The notes under the pieces are model-generated. The model saw only the letters and a list, made by a program, of their open reading frames with translations. It was not told the origin of the DNA and searched no databases. A program made the translations under genes and the position numbers. From Nodularia sp. (in: cyanobacteria) (GTDB lineage: Bacteria > Cyanobacteriota > Cyanobacteriia > Cyanobacteriales > Nostocaceae), in contig REBL01000110.1 of assembly GCA_007692755.1 (NCBI GenBank), positions 8,527 to 72,526 of the forward strand: a stretch of DNA of 64,000 nucleotides, read 5' to 3'. Positions 1-8,720 of this stretch are shown here, piece after piece. The number at the start of each line of letters is the position of its first letter. The first letter of the stretch is position 1.

Positions 1-930
1 AAAGCAGTTGAACTGGTAAGGAAAGAAGAAATTGATTTTTTACTAGCAGTGGGTGGAGGTTCAGTACTTGATGGCACCAAATTTATTGCAGCTGCGGTTC
101 CCTTTGTCGGTGATCCTTGGGATATCCTCGCCAAGCAAGCACCTGTAACTGCGGCTATACCCTTTGGTACAGTTTTAACTTTACCAGCCACCGGTTCGGA
201 AATGAATACTAACTCGGTTGTGACTAAATGGGAAACTCAAGAAAAACTATTCTTTGCCAGTCCCTTGGTGTTTCCCCGCTTTTCTGTTCTTGACCCCGAA
301 ACAACTTTTTCCCTACCTCCTCGACAAATTAGCAATGGGATTGTCGATGCTTACGCCCATGTGATGGAACAATACTTAACTTATCCAGTGAATGCACCCT
401 TGCAAGATGGGATGGCTGAGTCGATTCTCAAAACTTTGATTGAAGAGGGGCCAAAAACTTTAGCTAAACCTCAAGACTACGATGCACGGGCTAATGTCAT
501 GTGGTCTGCAACGATGGCATTAAATGGGTTAATTGGTGCAGGAGTACCCCAAGATTGGTCAACCCACATGATCGGTCATGAGTTGACAGCACTGCACGGT
601 TTAGATCATGCTCAAACTTTGGCGGTTGTCTTACCCGGTAATTTGACCATTAGGCGCGATCGCAAATGCCAAAAACTTGTACAATATGCAGAGCGAGTTT
701 GGGGTATTGTTGATGGTACAGAAGCAGACCGGATTACGGAGGCGATCGCACAAACTCGTAAATTCTTCGAGTCCGTTGGTGTCCGCACTCACCTATCCGA
801 CTACGGTGTAGGCTTAGATACTATTCCTGTCATTATTGATCGTTTTGAAAAGCGCGGCTTTGTCACGTTAGGTGAACACCAAGATGTGAACCCTGAGATT
901 GTTGAGAAGATTTTAACTCTCTGTGCCTAA
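1..930 (+). CDS. Iron-containing (group III) alcohol dehydrogenase, 5'-truncated by the window edge
   Basis: The frame is open from nt 1 (KAVELVRKEEIDFLLAVGGGSVLDGTKF...), so the listed ORF 49..930 is only the part after an internal GTG. The GGGS-x-x-D cofactor loop and the His-rich metal site (STHMIGHELTALHGLDHAQ) are typical of the YqhD/butanol-DH family. Confidence 0.8.
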   Translation, partial: KAVELVRKEEIDFLLAVGGGSVLDGTKFIAAAVPFVGDPWDILAKQAPVTAAIPFGTVLTLPATGSEMNTNSVVTKWETQEKLFFASPLVFPRFSVLDPETTFSLPPRQISNGIVDAYAHVMEQYLTYPVNAPLQDGMAESILKTLIEEGPKTLAKPQDYDARANVMWSATMALNGLIGAGVPQDWSTHMIGHELTALHGLDHAQTLAVVLPGNLTIRRDRKCQKLVQYAERVWGIVDGTEADRITEAIAQTRKFFESVGVRTHLSDYGVGLDTIPVIIDRFEKRGFVTLGEHQDVNPEIVEKILTLCA

Positions 931-968
931 AAGATGACTGAGTAAAGCTACAGATGAACACAGCTAAA

Positions 969-1006
969 AGTTTGCGCGTCTGGATAACAGGGGCGCAAAA
1001 CTTTTT
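969..1006 (+). terminator. Possible rho-independent terminator after the alcohol dehydrogenase gene
   Basis: AGTTTGCGC (969-977) pairs with GCGCAAAACT (993-1002) and is followed by a T-run (1002-1006). It lies 40 nt after the stop codon. Confidence 0.4.
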
Positions 1007-1383
1007 CAGACGATGAACACATCTATAGACGTGTAGAAGCTACCCGCAGGGTATACAGATAATTCTGTTTACTGGATGATCTTATCCATCTCCTTGATAA
1101 TATCATACATCAGTTGGAACTGAAGTTTGTAAAACTCCTAAAAATCCTTGGGATGCTAACACAAAAAACTTTTGCACGACTGCGTTTTCAAATTTAATAT
1201 GATATTAAATTACTTCCAGCAAAGAAAATAATTAAATTTACTTAATCTAAGCTTAAACGAAATTTAACTCTTAATAGCAGCTTTTAATACTACAAAAGGT
1301 TAGTATTGTTTTTGTCTATACAGATTAAACAAAAATTAAAATGTGTCTAATTTAGTAGTAATGTTTTCCATATTTTCTGTTTT

Positions 1384-2109
1384 ATGTCTCATTACCAAAT
1401 GAACAATGAATCGAAAGTTGTAGACAGTTGTCCAGGTAAATTCTTAACGCCTTTTCAATTGAGGCTTTTGCAGAAAGGTCTACAAAAAAATCTACCTGAT
1501 TCCTATCGTCAGCGCATTGAAATTATGCTACTAGCAGACCAGGGGAAATCTCAAACAGCAATTTGTAAAACTTTAGGTTGTTGTCCAGCAACAGTCAGAC
1601 ATTGGACGCATATAGCCCGTACTGGTATGGCGCATCAATGGCAAGATTGTCCCATTGGTCGCCCGAAAGCAGTCAACGAGGAATACTTGGAACGGTTAAA
1701 AGAACTGGTTTTAAATAGTCCTCGCGATTACGGCTATGCTTTTCGCCGCTGGACAGCCAACTGGCTTCAAAAACATTTGGCTAAAGAATTTGGGATTGAA
1801 GTGAGCGATCGCCATATCAAGCGACTGCTTAAACAAATGGGATTATCTACGCGACCAAAAACCAATAACCAGCCAGAAGCAGGATCTGAAAATACGAAAA
1901 GTTCCAGCATATTGATTCACGACCTGAAATCCGACAACATCCCCGAACATATCGGATTTCTGCCTATTCAATTCGCAAAACTAGGTATGGAGTCAGAAAC
2001 TTATGGTGCAAAATCTATCCGATCCTGTGGTTTTCTTACAACAGTTGAACCATGCATTAGGTCATTCACTGGGCGAAGCGGAATTTCAGCGCTACTACCA
2101 ACAATTTAA
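1384..2109 (+). CDS. Helix-turn-helix protein resembling the DNA-binding N-terminus of IS630/Tc1-type transposases (no DDE domain); possible cluster regulator
   Basis: The HTH is LLADQGKSQTAICKTLGCCPATVRHW. A second winged-helix segment is RRWTANWLQKHLAKEFGIEVSDRHIKRLLKQMGLS. No catalytic domain follows. The last 107 nt overlap the exporter ORF in another frame, so the real C-terminus is uncertain. Confidence 0.55.
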   Translation: MSHYQMNNESKVVDSCPGKFLTPFQLRLLQKGLQKNLPDSYRQRIEIMLLADQGKSQTAICKTLGCCPATVRHWTHIARTGMAHQWQDCPIGRPKAVNEEYLERLKELVLNSPRDYGYAFRRWTANWLQKHLAKEFGIEVSDRHIKRLLKQMGLSTRPKTNNQPEAGSENTKSSSILIHDLKSDNIPEHIGFLPIQFAKLGMESETYGAKSIRSCGFLTTVEPCIRSFTGRSGISALLPTI

Positions 2110-4723
2110 ATTTCTCAGCCCGAAAGTCGGAAAGTTTTGGCAAGGAGAAGATACAGAAGCTGGAGTATATATTGCGATCGCTGGCAAAGTCAGGTTGTTA
2201 AATGATCAGGGAGAGCTAATTACCACTTTGGGATCTGGAGAGTCTTTTGGGGAATTTACCTTATTCCCAGAGGCTAACTTCCAACCCTATGGGGCTAGAG
2301 CAAGTGTTAATTTACAACTATGCTTTATTCCCGCCGCAGTTTTATCGGCCTTGATGATTAAATATCCTTCAATTAAAGAGCATTTACTAGCTAAGGCAAA
2401 TGCCAATAATTCGCTGCTGGTGGGTTCCGATCAATCACCTCAACACAATAAAACCGAAATTCCCTCAGCACCAGTCATACCAGTTACAGAACCTCAGCTA
2501 GACAAAAAACTTAGCAAAGCTTACTTTCCCAGTCCTAACCAGCGAGTTGGACATTTATTACAACGAACAATTCGCCGTTACCCATTTTTTAACCAACAAA
2601 GTGCATCAGATTGTGGTGCAGCTTGTTTAGTCATGGTGTCTCGTTATTGGGGTAAACGCTTTAGTGTGAATCGCTTACGGGATATCGCTAATGTTGACCG
2701 CAATGGTGCATCTTTGCGTGGTTTATCCACAGCAGCAGAAAGTATTGGGTTTAGCACACGACCAGTAAAAGCCAGCCTAGATCAGTTAGCCAAGCAAAAA
2801 CTACCAGCCATTGTTCACTGGGAAGGCAAACATTACATTGTGGTTTATGAAATTACCCAGAAATCTGTGATTGTCGCCGACCCAGCAATTGGTCAACGGA
2901 CTCTGAGTCATGCTGAATTTAAAGCAAATTGGACTGGCTATACACTGCTGCTGCAACCCACAGCCTTTTTAAAAGATACCAAAGACACGATAACTCCCTT
3001 CTGGCAATTCTTTGAACTACTCAAGCCTCACAGCTTGGTCATGTTGGAAGTATTTGCCGCATCTGTGTTTATTCAGATATTTGGACTGATTACCCCTTTA
3101 TTCACTCAGTTAATTTTAGATAGGGTAGTAGTACAGCGTTCTGAACTCACCTTATTTGCCGTCGGTTTAGGATTACTAATTTTTAGTTTATTCCGTGTAG
3201 CAATGATGGGTTTGCGGCAATATTTATTAGACCACACGGCTAATAAAATAGATGTGGCATTAATCGTGGCATTTATTCGCCATACTCTGCGCCTACCCCT
3301 CAGTTACTTTGAGTCCCGTTATGTGGGGGATATTACCTCTCGCGTCCAAGAAAATCGCAAAATTCAACGTTTTCTTTCTGGTGAAGCATTATCTATCCTG
3401 CTAGATTTACTCACTGTTTTTATCTATCTAGGATTGATGTTTTGGTATAGCTGGAAAATGGCATTGTTATCCTTAGTAATTGTGCCACCTTTTGTGCTAT
3501 TAGCTTTGGTTGCCACACCTTTTTTACGCAAAATTTCCAGAGAGATTTTTAATGCCTATGCCACTGAAAGTAGTTATCTAATTGAAGCTCTTTCTGGTGT
3601 CAGAACAGTGAAGTCTACGGCAGTAGAACAGACAGTGCGTTGGCATTGGGAAGAGTTATTGCATAAGGAAATTAAAACTGGTTTTTCTGGACAGATTATT
3701 GGTAATCGCCTGCAAATATTTAGTAATTCTATTCACGCAATTGTTACGACTACTTTACTGTGGTTTGGGGCATATCAAGTAATTCACAATCAGTTAACTA
3801 TTGGTCAGTTAGTAGCATTTAATATGCTCTTAGGAAATGTAATTGCACCATTTCAGCGATTAACAGTTTTGTGGAGTGAATTACAAGAAGTCACCATTGC
3901 AGTAGAGCGGATTAATGATGTATTAGATGCAGAACCAGAAGAGGACTTACAGCATCAAGCTAGGCAATCTTTACCACCAATTAAAGGACATATTCACTTT
4001 GACAATGTGACATTCCGCTATCATCAAGAAAGTGATATTAACGTTTTAGAAAACCTCAGTTTTAGGGTTAAACCAGGACAGATGGTGGCTTTAGTCGGTC
4101 GTAGTGGTTCAGGAAAGACAACTATTTCTAAGTTAGCTTTGGGGTTGTATCCGCCTACAGATGGCAAAGTCTTAATTGATGGACAAGATATTACTAGCCT
4201 TTCCTTACGTTCCTTACGGGAACAAGTTGGGGTAGTTGACCAAGATACTTTTCTATTTGGCGGCACAATTCGAGAGAATATTAGCTTAGGATATCCTGGG
4301 GCAAAATTAGAAGAAATTATTGAAGCCGCCACATTAGCGGGTGCTGATGAGTTTATCAAAAAAATGCCTATGGGCTATGAAAGTCAAATCGGTGAAGGTG
4401 GGGGAATGTTGTCTGGTGGACAACGACAAAGAATTGCGATCGCGAGAGCATTATTAGGCAATCCTCAATTGTTAATTTTAGATGAGGCTACTTCCCATTT
4501 AGACGCTGAATCAGAGCGAATTATTCAGAGTAATTTAAATATCATCCTCAAGGGAAGAACCACATTAGTAATTGCTCATCGTCTCTCAACTGTACGTAAT
4601 GCAGATTTAATCTTAGTGCTGGATCGAGGTGTGCTAATCGAGAGTGGTACTCACGAAGAGTTAATGGCTAAACGGGGACATTATTTTTATCTGAATCACC
4701 AGCAATTAGATAACGCAGCCTAA
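2003..4723 (+). CDS. Bacteriocin/RiPP exporter: cyclic-nucleotide-binding domain + C39 peptidase + ABC transporter (TMD + NBD)
   Basis: N-terminal cNMP fold (GESFGEFTLF ... GARASV). C39 catalytic Cys (QQSASDCGAACLVMVSRYWG) and His (GKHYIVVYE). Multi-helix TMD. Walker A GRSGSGKTT, signature LSGGQRQRIAIARAL, Walker B LLILDEATS, H-loop IAHRLST. Confidence 0.9.
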   Translation: MVQNLSDPVVFLQQLNHALGHSLGEAEFQRYYQQFKFLSPKVGKFWQGEDTEAGVYIAIAGKVRLLNDQGELITTLGSGESFGEFTLFPEANFQPYGARASVNLQLCFIPAAVLSALMIKYPSIKEHLLAKANANNSLLVGSDQSPQHNKTEIPSAPVIPVTEPQLDKKLSKAYFPSPNQRVGHLLQRTIRRYPFFNQQSASDCGAACLVMVSRYWGKRFSVNRLRDIANVDRNGASLRGLSTAAESIGFSTRPVKASLDQLAKQKLPAIVHWEGKHYIVVYEITQKSVIVADPAIGQRTLSHAEFKANWTGYTLLLQPTAFLKDTKDTITPFWQFFELLKPHSLVMLEVFAASVFIQIFGLITPLFTQLILDRVVVQRSELTLFAVGLGLLIFSLFRVAMMGLRQYLLDHTANKIDVALIVAFIRHTLRLPLSYFESRYVGDITSRVQENRKIQRFLSGEALSILLDLLTVFIYLGLMFWYSWKMALLSLVIVPPFVLLALVATPFLRKISREIFNAYATESSYLIEALSGVRTVKSTAVEQTVRWHWEELLHKEIKTGFSGQIIGNRLQIFSNSIHAIVTTTLLWFGAYQVIHNQLTIGQLVAFNMLLGNVIAPFQRLTVLWSELQEVTIAVERINDVLDAEPEEDLQHQARQSLPPIKGHIHFDNVTFRYHQESDINVLENLSFRVKPGQMVALVGRSGSGKTTISKLALGLYPPTDGKVLIDGQDITSLSLRSLREQVGVVDQDTFLFGGTIRENISLGYPGAKLEEIIEAATLAGADEFIKKMPMGYESQIGEGGGMLSGGQRQRIAIARALLGNPQLLILDEATSHLDAESERIIQSNLNIILKGRTTLVIAHRLSTVRNADLILVLDRGVLIESGTHEELMAKRGHYFYLNHQQLDNAA

Positions 4724-4774
4724 CCCAAGCTAATTTTCAATTTTTCACATCCATCATTAATCTTCAGAGAAGTT

Positions 4775-6355
4775 ATGACAGATACATTAAATGGACAAGT
4801 AAAAAACCAACTTCATGAAGATGGAATCTATCAGGAAGTTTTAACACCTCAAAATCCAGCTATTTCTAAACCAGAACTTAATCAGGAAACGAGAACATCT
4901 CAGACATCAGCTATAGCCATCTCAACTGATGATTGGTCTCATGTTACCAAAGATTTGCTTGATAGCTTACCACAAGTTTGGACAAGAGGATTACTATACT
5001 TTTTAATTATTTTTGTAGCGATTATTTTACCTTGGGCAATGTTTTCGCGCGTAGATGAAACAGGTGTAGCTAGAGGCAGATTAGAACCCCAAGGTAAGAC
5101 GGTGAGACTGGATGCTCCTGTTGCTGGAACTGTTGCCGAAATTCAAGTTAAAGAGGGTGATATAGTTAAGAATGGACAGATTTTGTTAGTATTGGAATCT
5201 GAATTAGTCCAAGCCGAGTTACGACAGGTAAAAGACAGGTTAGAAGGGCAATTAAATAGGCGATCGCAGTTAAATTTATTACAGAGCCAGTTAATTGTAG
5301 CTTTAGCCACTCAAGAACAACAAAATCAATCTCAAGAGTTAGAAAAACAATCTCAAATAGACCAAGCCAGACAGAACTTGAATGCTATTAGAAGTTCATC
5401 TAATTTACAAAAAGAAGAAAAATTATCTCAGGTCAATCAAGCACAGCAAACAGTTGAATATAGTCAAACTGCTAACAACTTAATAGCAAGTAGTTTAGCC
5501 AGTACCCAACGAGAAGTTAACCGCTACCGTCAACTTTGGGAAGAAGAAGTAATTCCAGAAATTACAGTTATAGAAAAACAAGATATTGCTAAAGAACAGC
5601 AAAGATTGTATGAACAGAGTAAATCAGATATTCGGCAAGCTAAGTTAAGGTTAGCAGAACAACAGAGTAGTTATGAACGGACTCTTAGTCAATTTAATGC
5701 CGATATTGAACAGGCTAAATTACGGCTTAATGAACAAGAAAATAGTTATCAGACAGTAACTCATGTGGGTAAACTTGCGGTACTCAAAACTCAGGAACAA
5801 TTAAAAAATATAGATACAGAAATTTCCACACTCAATGCAGAAATTGCACAAACTCAAAGCCAAATTCAGTCTTTAGAGTTTCAAATAAGTCAACGAGTTT
5901 TAAAAGCAAACGTGAATGGTACTGTATTTCAGTTACCAATTGAAAAAGCTGGTTCTGTAGTTCAGCCAGGCACAATGATTGCCGAAATTGCCCCAATAGA
6001 TTCGCCTTTAATTATTAGAGCGCAAATGGCTACAACTGAGAGCGGTTCTTTACAAAAAGGATTACCCGTTAAGCTCAAATTCGATGCTTATCCTTTCCAA
6101 GATTATGGAGTTATTGCCGGCGAATTACTAGAAATTTCTCCGACGACAACAGAAATAGATACACCTAGCGGAAGAGTAGCGGCGTATAACTTAGAAATTG
6201 CGATGAATCAGCATTGTATTCCTAGTCGTGATCAATGTATTCCCTTAAATCCTGGGGATACTGCAACTGCTGAAGTGATAGTGCGTCAGCGTCGCATTAT
6301 TGATTTTATCCTTGATCCATTTAAGAAATTACAACAAGGAGGAGTGAAATTATAA
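4775..6355 (+). CDS. HlyD-family periplasmic adaptor / secretion protein partnered with the C39 exporter
   Basis: N-terminal TM helix (LLYFLIIFVAIILPWAMF), lipoyl-like hairpin (VAEIQVKEGDIVKNGQILLVLE), a long Q/E-rich coiled coil and a C-terminal barrel. It starts 51 nt after the exporter stop. Confidence 0.85.
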   Translation: MTDTLNGQVKNQLHEDGIYQEVLTPQNPAISKPELNQETRTSQTSAIAISTDDWSHVTKDLLDSLPQVWTRGLLYFLIIFVAIILPWAMFSRVDETGVARGRLEPQGKTVRLDAPVAGTVAEIQVKEGDIVKNGQILLVLESELVQAELRQVKDRLEGQLNRRSQLNLLQSQLIVALATQEQQNQSQELEKQSQIDQARQNLNAIRSSSNLQKEEKLSQVNQAQQTVEYSQTANNLIASSLASTQREVNRYRQLWEEEVIPEITVIEKQDIAKEQQRLYEQSKSDIRQAKLRLAEQQSSYERTLSQFNADIEQAKLRLNEQENSYQTVTHVGKLAVLKTQEQLKNIDTEISTLNAEIAQTQSQIQSLEFQISQRVLKANVNGTVFQLPIEKAGSVVQPGTMIAEIAPIDSPLIIRAQMATTESGSLQKGLPVKLKFDAYPFQDYGVIAGELLEISPTTTEIDTPSGRVAAYNLEIAMNQHCIPSRDQCIPLNPGDTATAEVIVRQRRIIDFILDPFKKLQQGGVKL

Positions 6356-6440
6356 ATATTCTCATAGTTACTTAACGCTTTTAAGCACCAACTAAGCGAA
6401 AAACTTGTTTAGCATTACGTTAATTTATTGGAAACAACTC

Positions 6441-7187
6441 ATGTCAGAAAATGTAACTATTACCACTGAAGATATTCTGCATCAAATCAAATTATCTTGC
6501 AAAATTCCCGATATAGTCAAGGAAAGTATTACTCGCAAAATTATTAAAAATGCTGCCATTGAGGCAGATATAAAGGTTGAGACAGAAGAACTTCAAAGAT
6601 CAGCAGACCAAATTCGGCTAATCAACAAACTCAATAGTGCTGATGATACCTGGAAATGGTTGGAAAAAAATGGTTTGTCCCTAGATGACTTTGAAGAAAT
6701 AGTCTACGATACTGTGATTTCTGGAAAGTTAGCTGCTCATCTGATGGCGGATAAGGTCGAAGCTTATTTTTATGAGAATCAACTTGATTATTTTGGTGTG
6801 GTGATTTACGAAGTTGTACTAGATAATGAGGATTTAGCGCTAGAACTTTTCTATGCGATTCAAGAAGGTGAAATGAGCTTCTATGATGTTGCTCACAAAT
6901 ATATTCAAGATACAGAGTTGCGGCGTAAAGGAGGATATTTAGGTAGAGTGAATCGTCAGGATTTAAGACCAGAAATTTCTGCTGCTGTTTTTGCAGCTAC
7001 ACCACCACAGCTTCTCAAACCGATATTAACTTCTAAAGGAGTTCATTTGATTTTGGTGGAAGAGATAATTCCAGCAGAATTAAATAACTTATTACGTTTT
7101 CAAATCTTGTCAGATTTGTTTGGTGAATGGCTGAAGCCACAAATTGAAGATGTAGAATATTACACTAACCTGAAGCTAAATAACTAA
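6441..7187 (+). CDS. Parvulin-type peptidyl-prolyl isomerase with SurA-N-like helical domain (copy 1)
   Basis: C-terminal rotamase signature RRKGGYLGRVNRQDL ... TSKGVHLILVEE. I place the start at ATG 6441 rather than the TTG at 6405 used by the ORF track. Confidence 0.7.
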   Translation: MSENVTITTEDILHQIKLSCKIPDIVKESITRKIIKNAAIEADIKVETEELQRSADQIRLINKLNSADDTWKWLEKNGLSLDDFEEIVYDTVISGKLAAHLMADKVEAYFYENQLDYFGVVIYEVVLDNEDLALELFYAIQEGEMSFYDVAHKYIQDTELRRKGGYLGRVNRQDLRPEISAAVFAATPPQLLKPILTSKGVHLILVEEIIPAELNNLLRFQILSDLFGEWLKPQIEDVEYYTNLKLNN

Positions 7188-7771
7188 GCAGGTGGGCGTA
7201 AATAAGTTTAACTATAGAACTATTATTGATTTTTGTTGGCATAGCCTAGCTAAAGCTCTGCTTTAAGCGTTCGCGTAGCGTCTTGGAGAGGAGAGGGTTG
7301 TCATTTGTCCTTTGTCATTGCTAATGATTTGAGGATTTTTGACTTTCCTTGACATAATTTTATTTATTCCTACTGACTATCTTGTAGGTGTTTTGTTCTC
7401 ATAAATTTTTGCTTTTTATAATTGTTCCAACTCTGTGCGCTTTTTTAAATGATATTTAAATTTTGAAGACATTCGCCACAAAACTTGTAGATTTTTATAT
7501 CTAAAATCAGGACAAAAATGATGCACTTAATGTATGACTATTTCATTTATTCATGTAATTGCTATGCGGTTATATGAATATTTTAGAGCAACCCGCTACT
7601 AAATTAGGCTTGTGTATACGAATTTAGTAAATGAAATAACTGTAACAATTATATCCATCTATTAGATTCAAAATGCTTGTTTAATAGAATTTGATTCTAG
7701 ATAATAAGAATGAAATTGAACAATAAATTGTTTAATTCCAAGTAAAAGCTGAAAAATCCAGGAGTTTCAAA

Positions 7772-7978
7772 ATGGCTTCCATTACAGTTTCTAATCTTTA
7801 TCCACTTGGCTCTGATCTATTCATGGATTCTGAGAGCTTTATGGATGCATTGAATGATAACGAACTTGCTGAAATCAATGGTGGAGTAACACCAGCAGTG
7901 ATTACCACAATTGCTACCAAGTGGTTTATTGGTGCTGCTGTTGGTGGTGCTATCGTTGGTAGCATCATTTATTGGTAA
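7772..7978 (+). CDS. Double-glycine-leader precursor peptide A1 (38-aa leader, 30-aa Cys-free hydrophobic core)
   Basis: AGGAG lies 8 nt upstream of the ATG. The leader ...GSDLFMDSESFMDALNDNELAEINGG ends in the canonical L-x-x-x-E-L-x-x-I-x-GG. The core is VTPAVITTIATKWFIGAAVGGAIVGSIIYW, with G-x-x-x-G-type motifs, 4 Thr, 1 Ser and no Cys. Confidence 0.8.
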   Translation: MASITVSNLYPLGSDLFMDSESFMDALNDNELAEINGGVTPAVITTIATKWFIGAAVGGAIVGSIIYW

Positions 7979-8054
7979 TAGCAATAGCAATAGCTTCCCT
8001 GGCGAACTATCCCTCCACTCATATCAATTCTACTGAACATAACGGAGAACAATC

Positions 8055-8270
8055 ATGTCAACAATTAATATCCAAGATATCAAAGTAGCCGGTTCTGATC
8101 TATTTTTTGACGAAGAAACCTATCTAAATGAGCTTTCTCATGATGAGATAGGGGCTGCTAAAGGTGGTATCACTCCCACTGTTGCTGGAACTATTGCACT
8201 CAGCAGTGCTTTTGTACTCAGCTACAACCTGAGCAAAATTGGTACTGAATTGAAGAACAAATTTTTCTAA
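8055..8270 (+). CDS. Double-glycine-leader precursor peptide A2 (38-aa leader, 33-aa Cys-free core)
   Basis: GGAGAA RBS. The leader ...GSDLFFDEETYLNELSHDEIGAAKGG shares the GSDLF-x-D-x-E box and exact length with A1. The core ITPTVAGTIALSSAFVLSYNLSKIGTELKNKFF shares the N-terminal (V/I)TP(A/T)V motif. Confidence 0.8.
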   Translation: MSTINIQDIKVAGSDLFFDEETYLNELSHDEIGAAKGGITPTVAGTIALSSAFVLSYNLSKIGTELKNKFF

Positions 8271-8455
8271 AAAATATGTGCTTGAGTAGACAATAATACA
8301 CAAAATTAATTGTTTACTTAGGTTAAATTTTTAAACAAAGGATGTGAGAGTTACAATTACCTTAACAATACTAGGTTGACTAACTCTCAATTCCTTACTT
8401 CTTCAGAATCAAACACTGTGGTGTTTATCATTAGCCCTCACTTACAAAGGCAATT

Positions 8456-8710
8456 ATGAACTTCAATGATTTTCCAACTGTTATGTCTATAATTGCTTTA
8501 CTAATAGGTATAACATTTTTAATTTTGTCTGATTACATAGCGGCTGGCGTGTGGCTATGTTATGGTTTAGCGACATTATTAGTTAATAAAGTTGGTTCAT
8601 CTAATATGGATAATTTTAGCCGTATAGATGTAATAATTGCTTGGGCTACAATTGTCAGTTTTATTAGTTTATTGTTGTTTCAGCTACACAGGGATTTCGT
8701 TGCTAGATAG
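8456..8710 (+). CDS. Small integral membrane protein (candidate immunity protein)
   Basis: 84 aa dominated by hydrophobic helices (VMSIIALLIGITFLILSDYIAAGVWLCYGLATLLV; IIAWATIVSFISLLLFQL). It sits directly after the two precursor genes, and its stop is 10 nt before the kinase ATG. Confidence 0.5.
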   Translation: MNFNDFPTVMSIIALLIGITFLILSDYIAAGVWLCYGLATLLVNKVGSSNMDNFSRIDVIIAWATIVSFISLLLFQLHRDFVAR

Positions 8711-8720
8711 AGAATAACTG

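Noticed and set aside
4024-4359. 111-aa minus-strand ORF inside the exporter gene
   Set aside because: It is entirely antisense to the well-supported NBD (Walker A/signature region) of the ABC transporter. It has no RBS or motif, so it is a shadow ORF.
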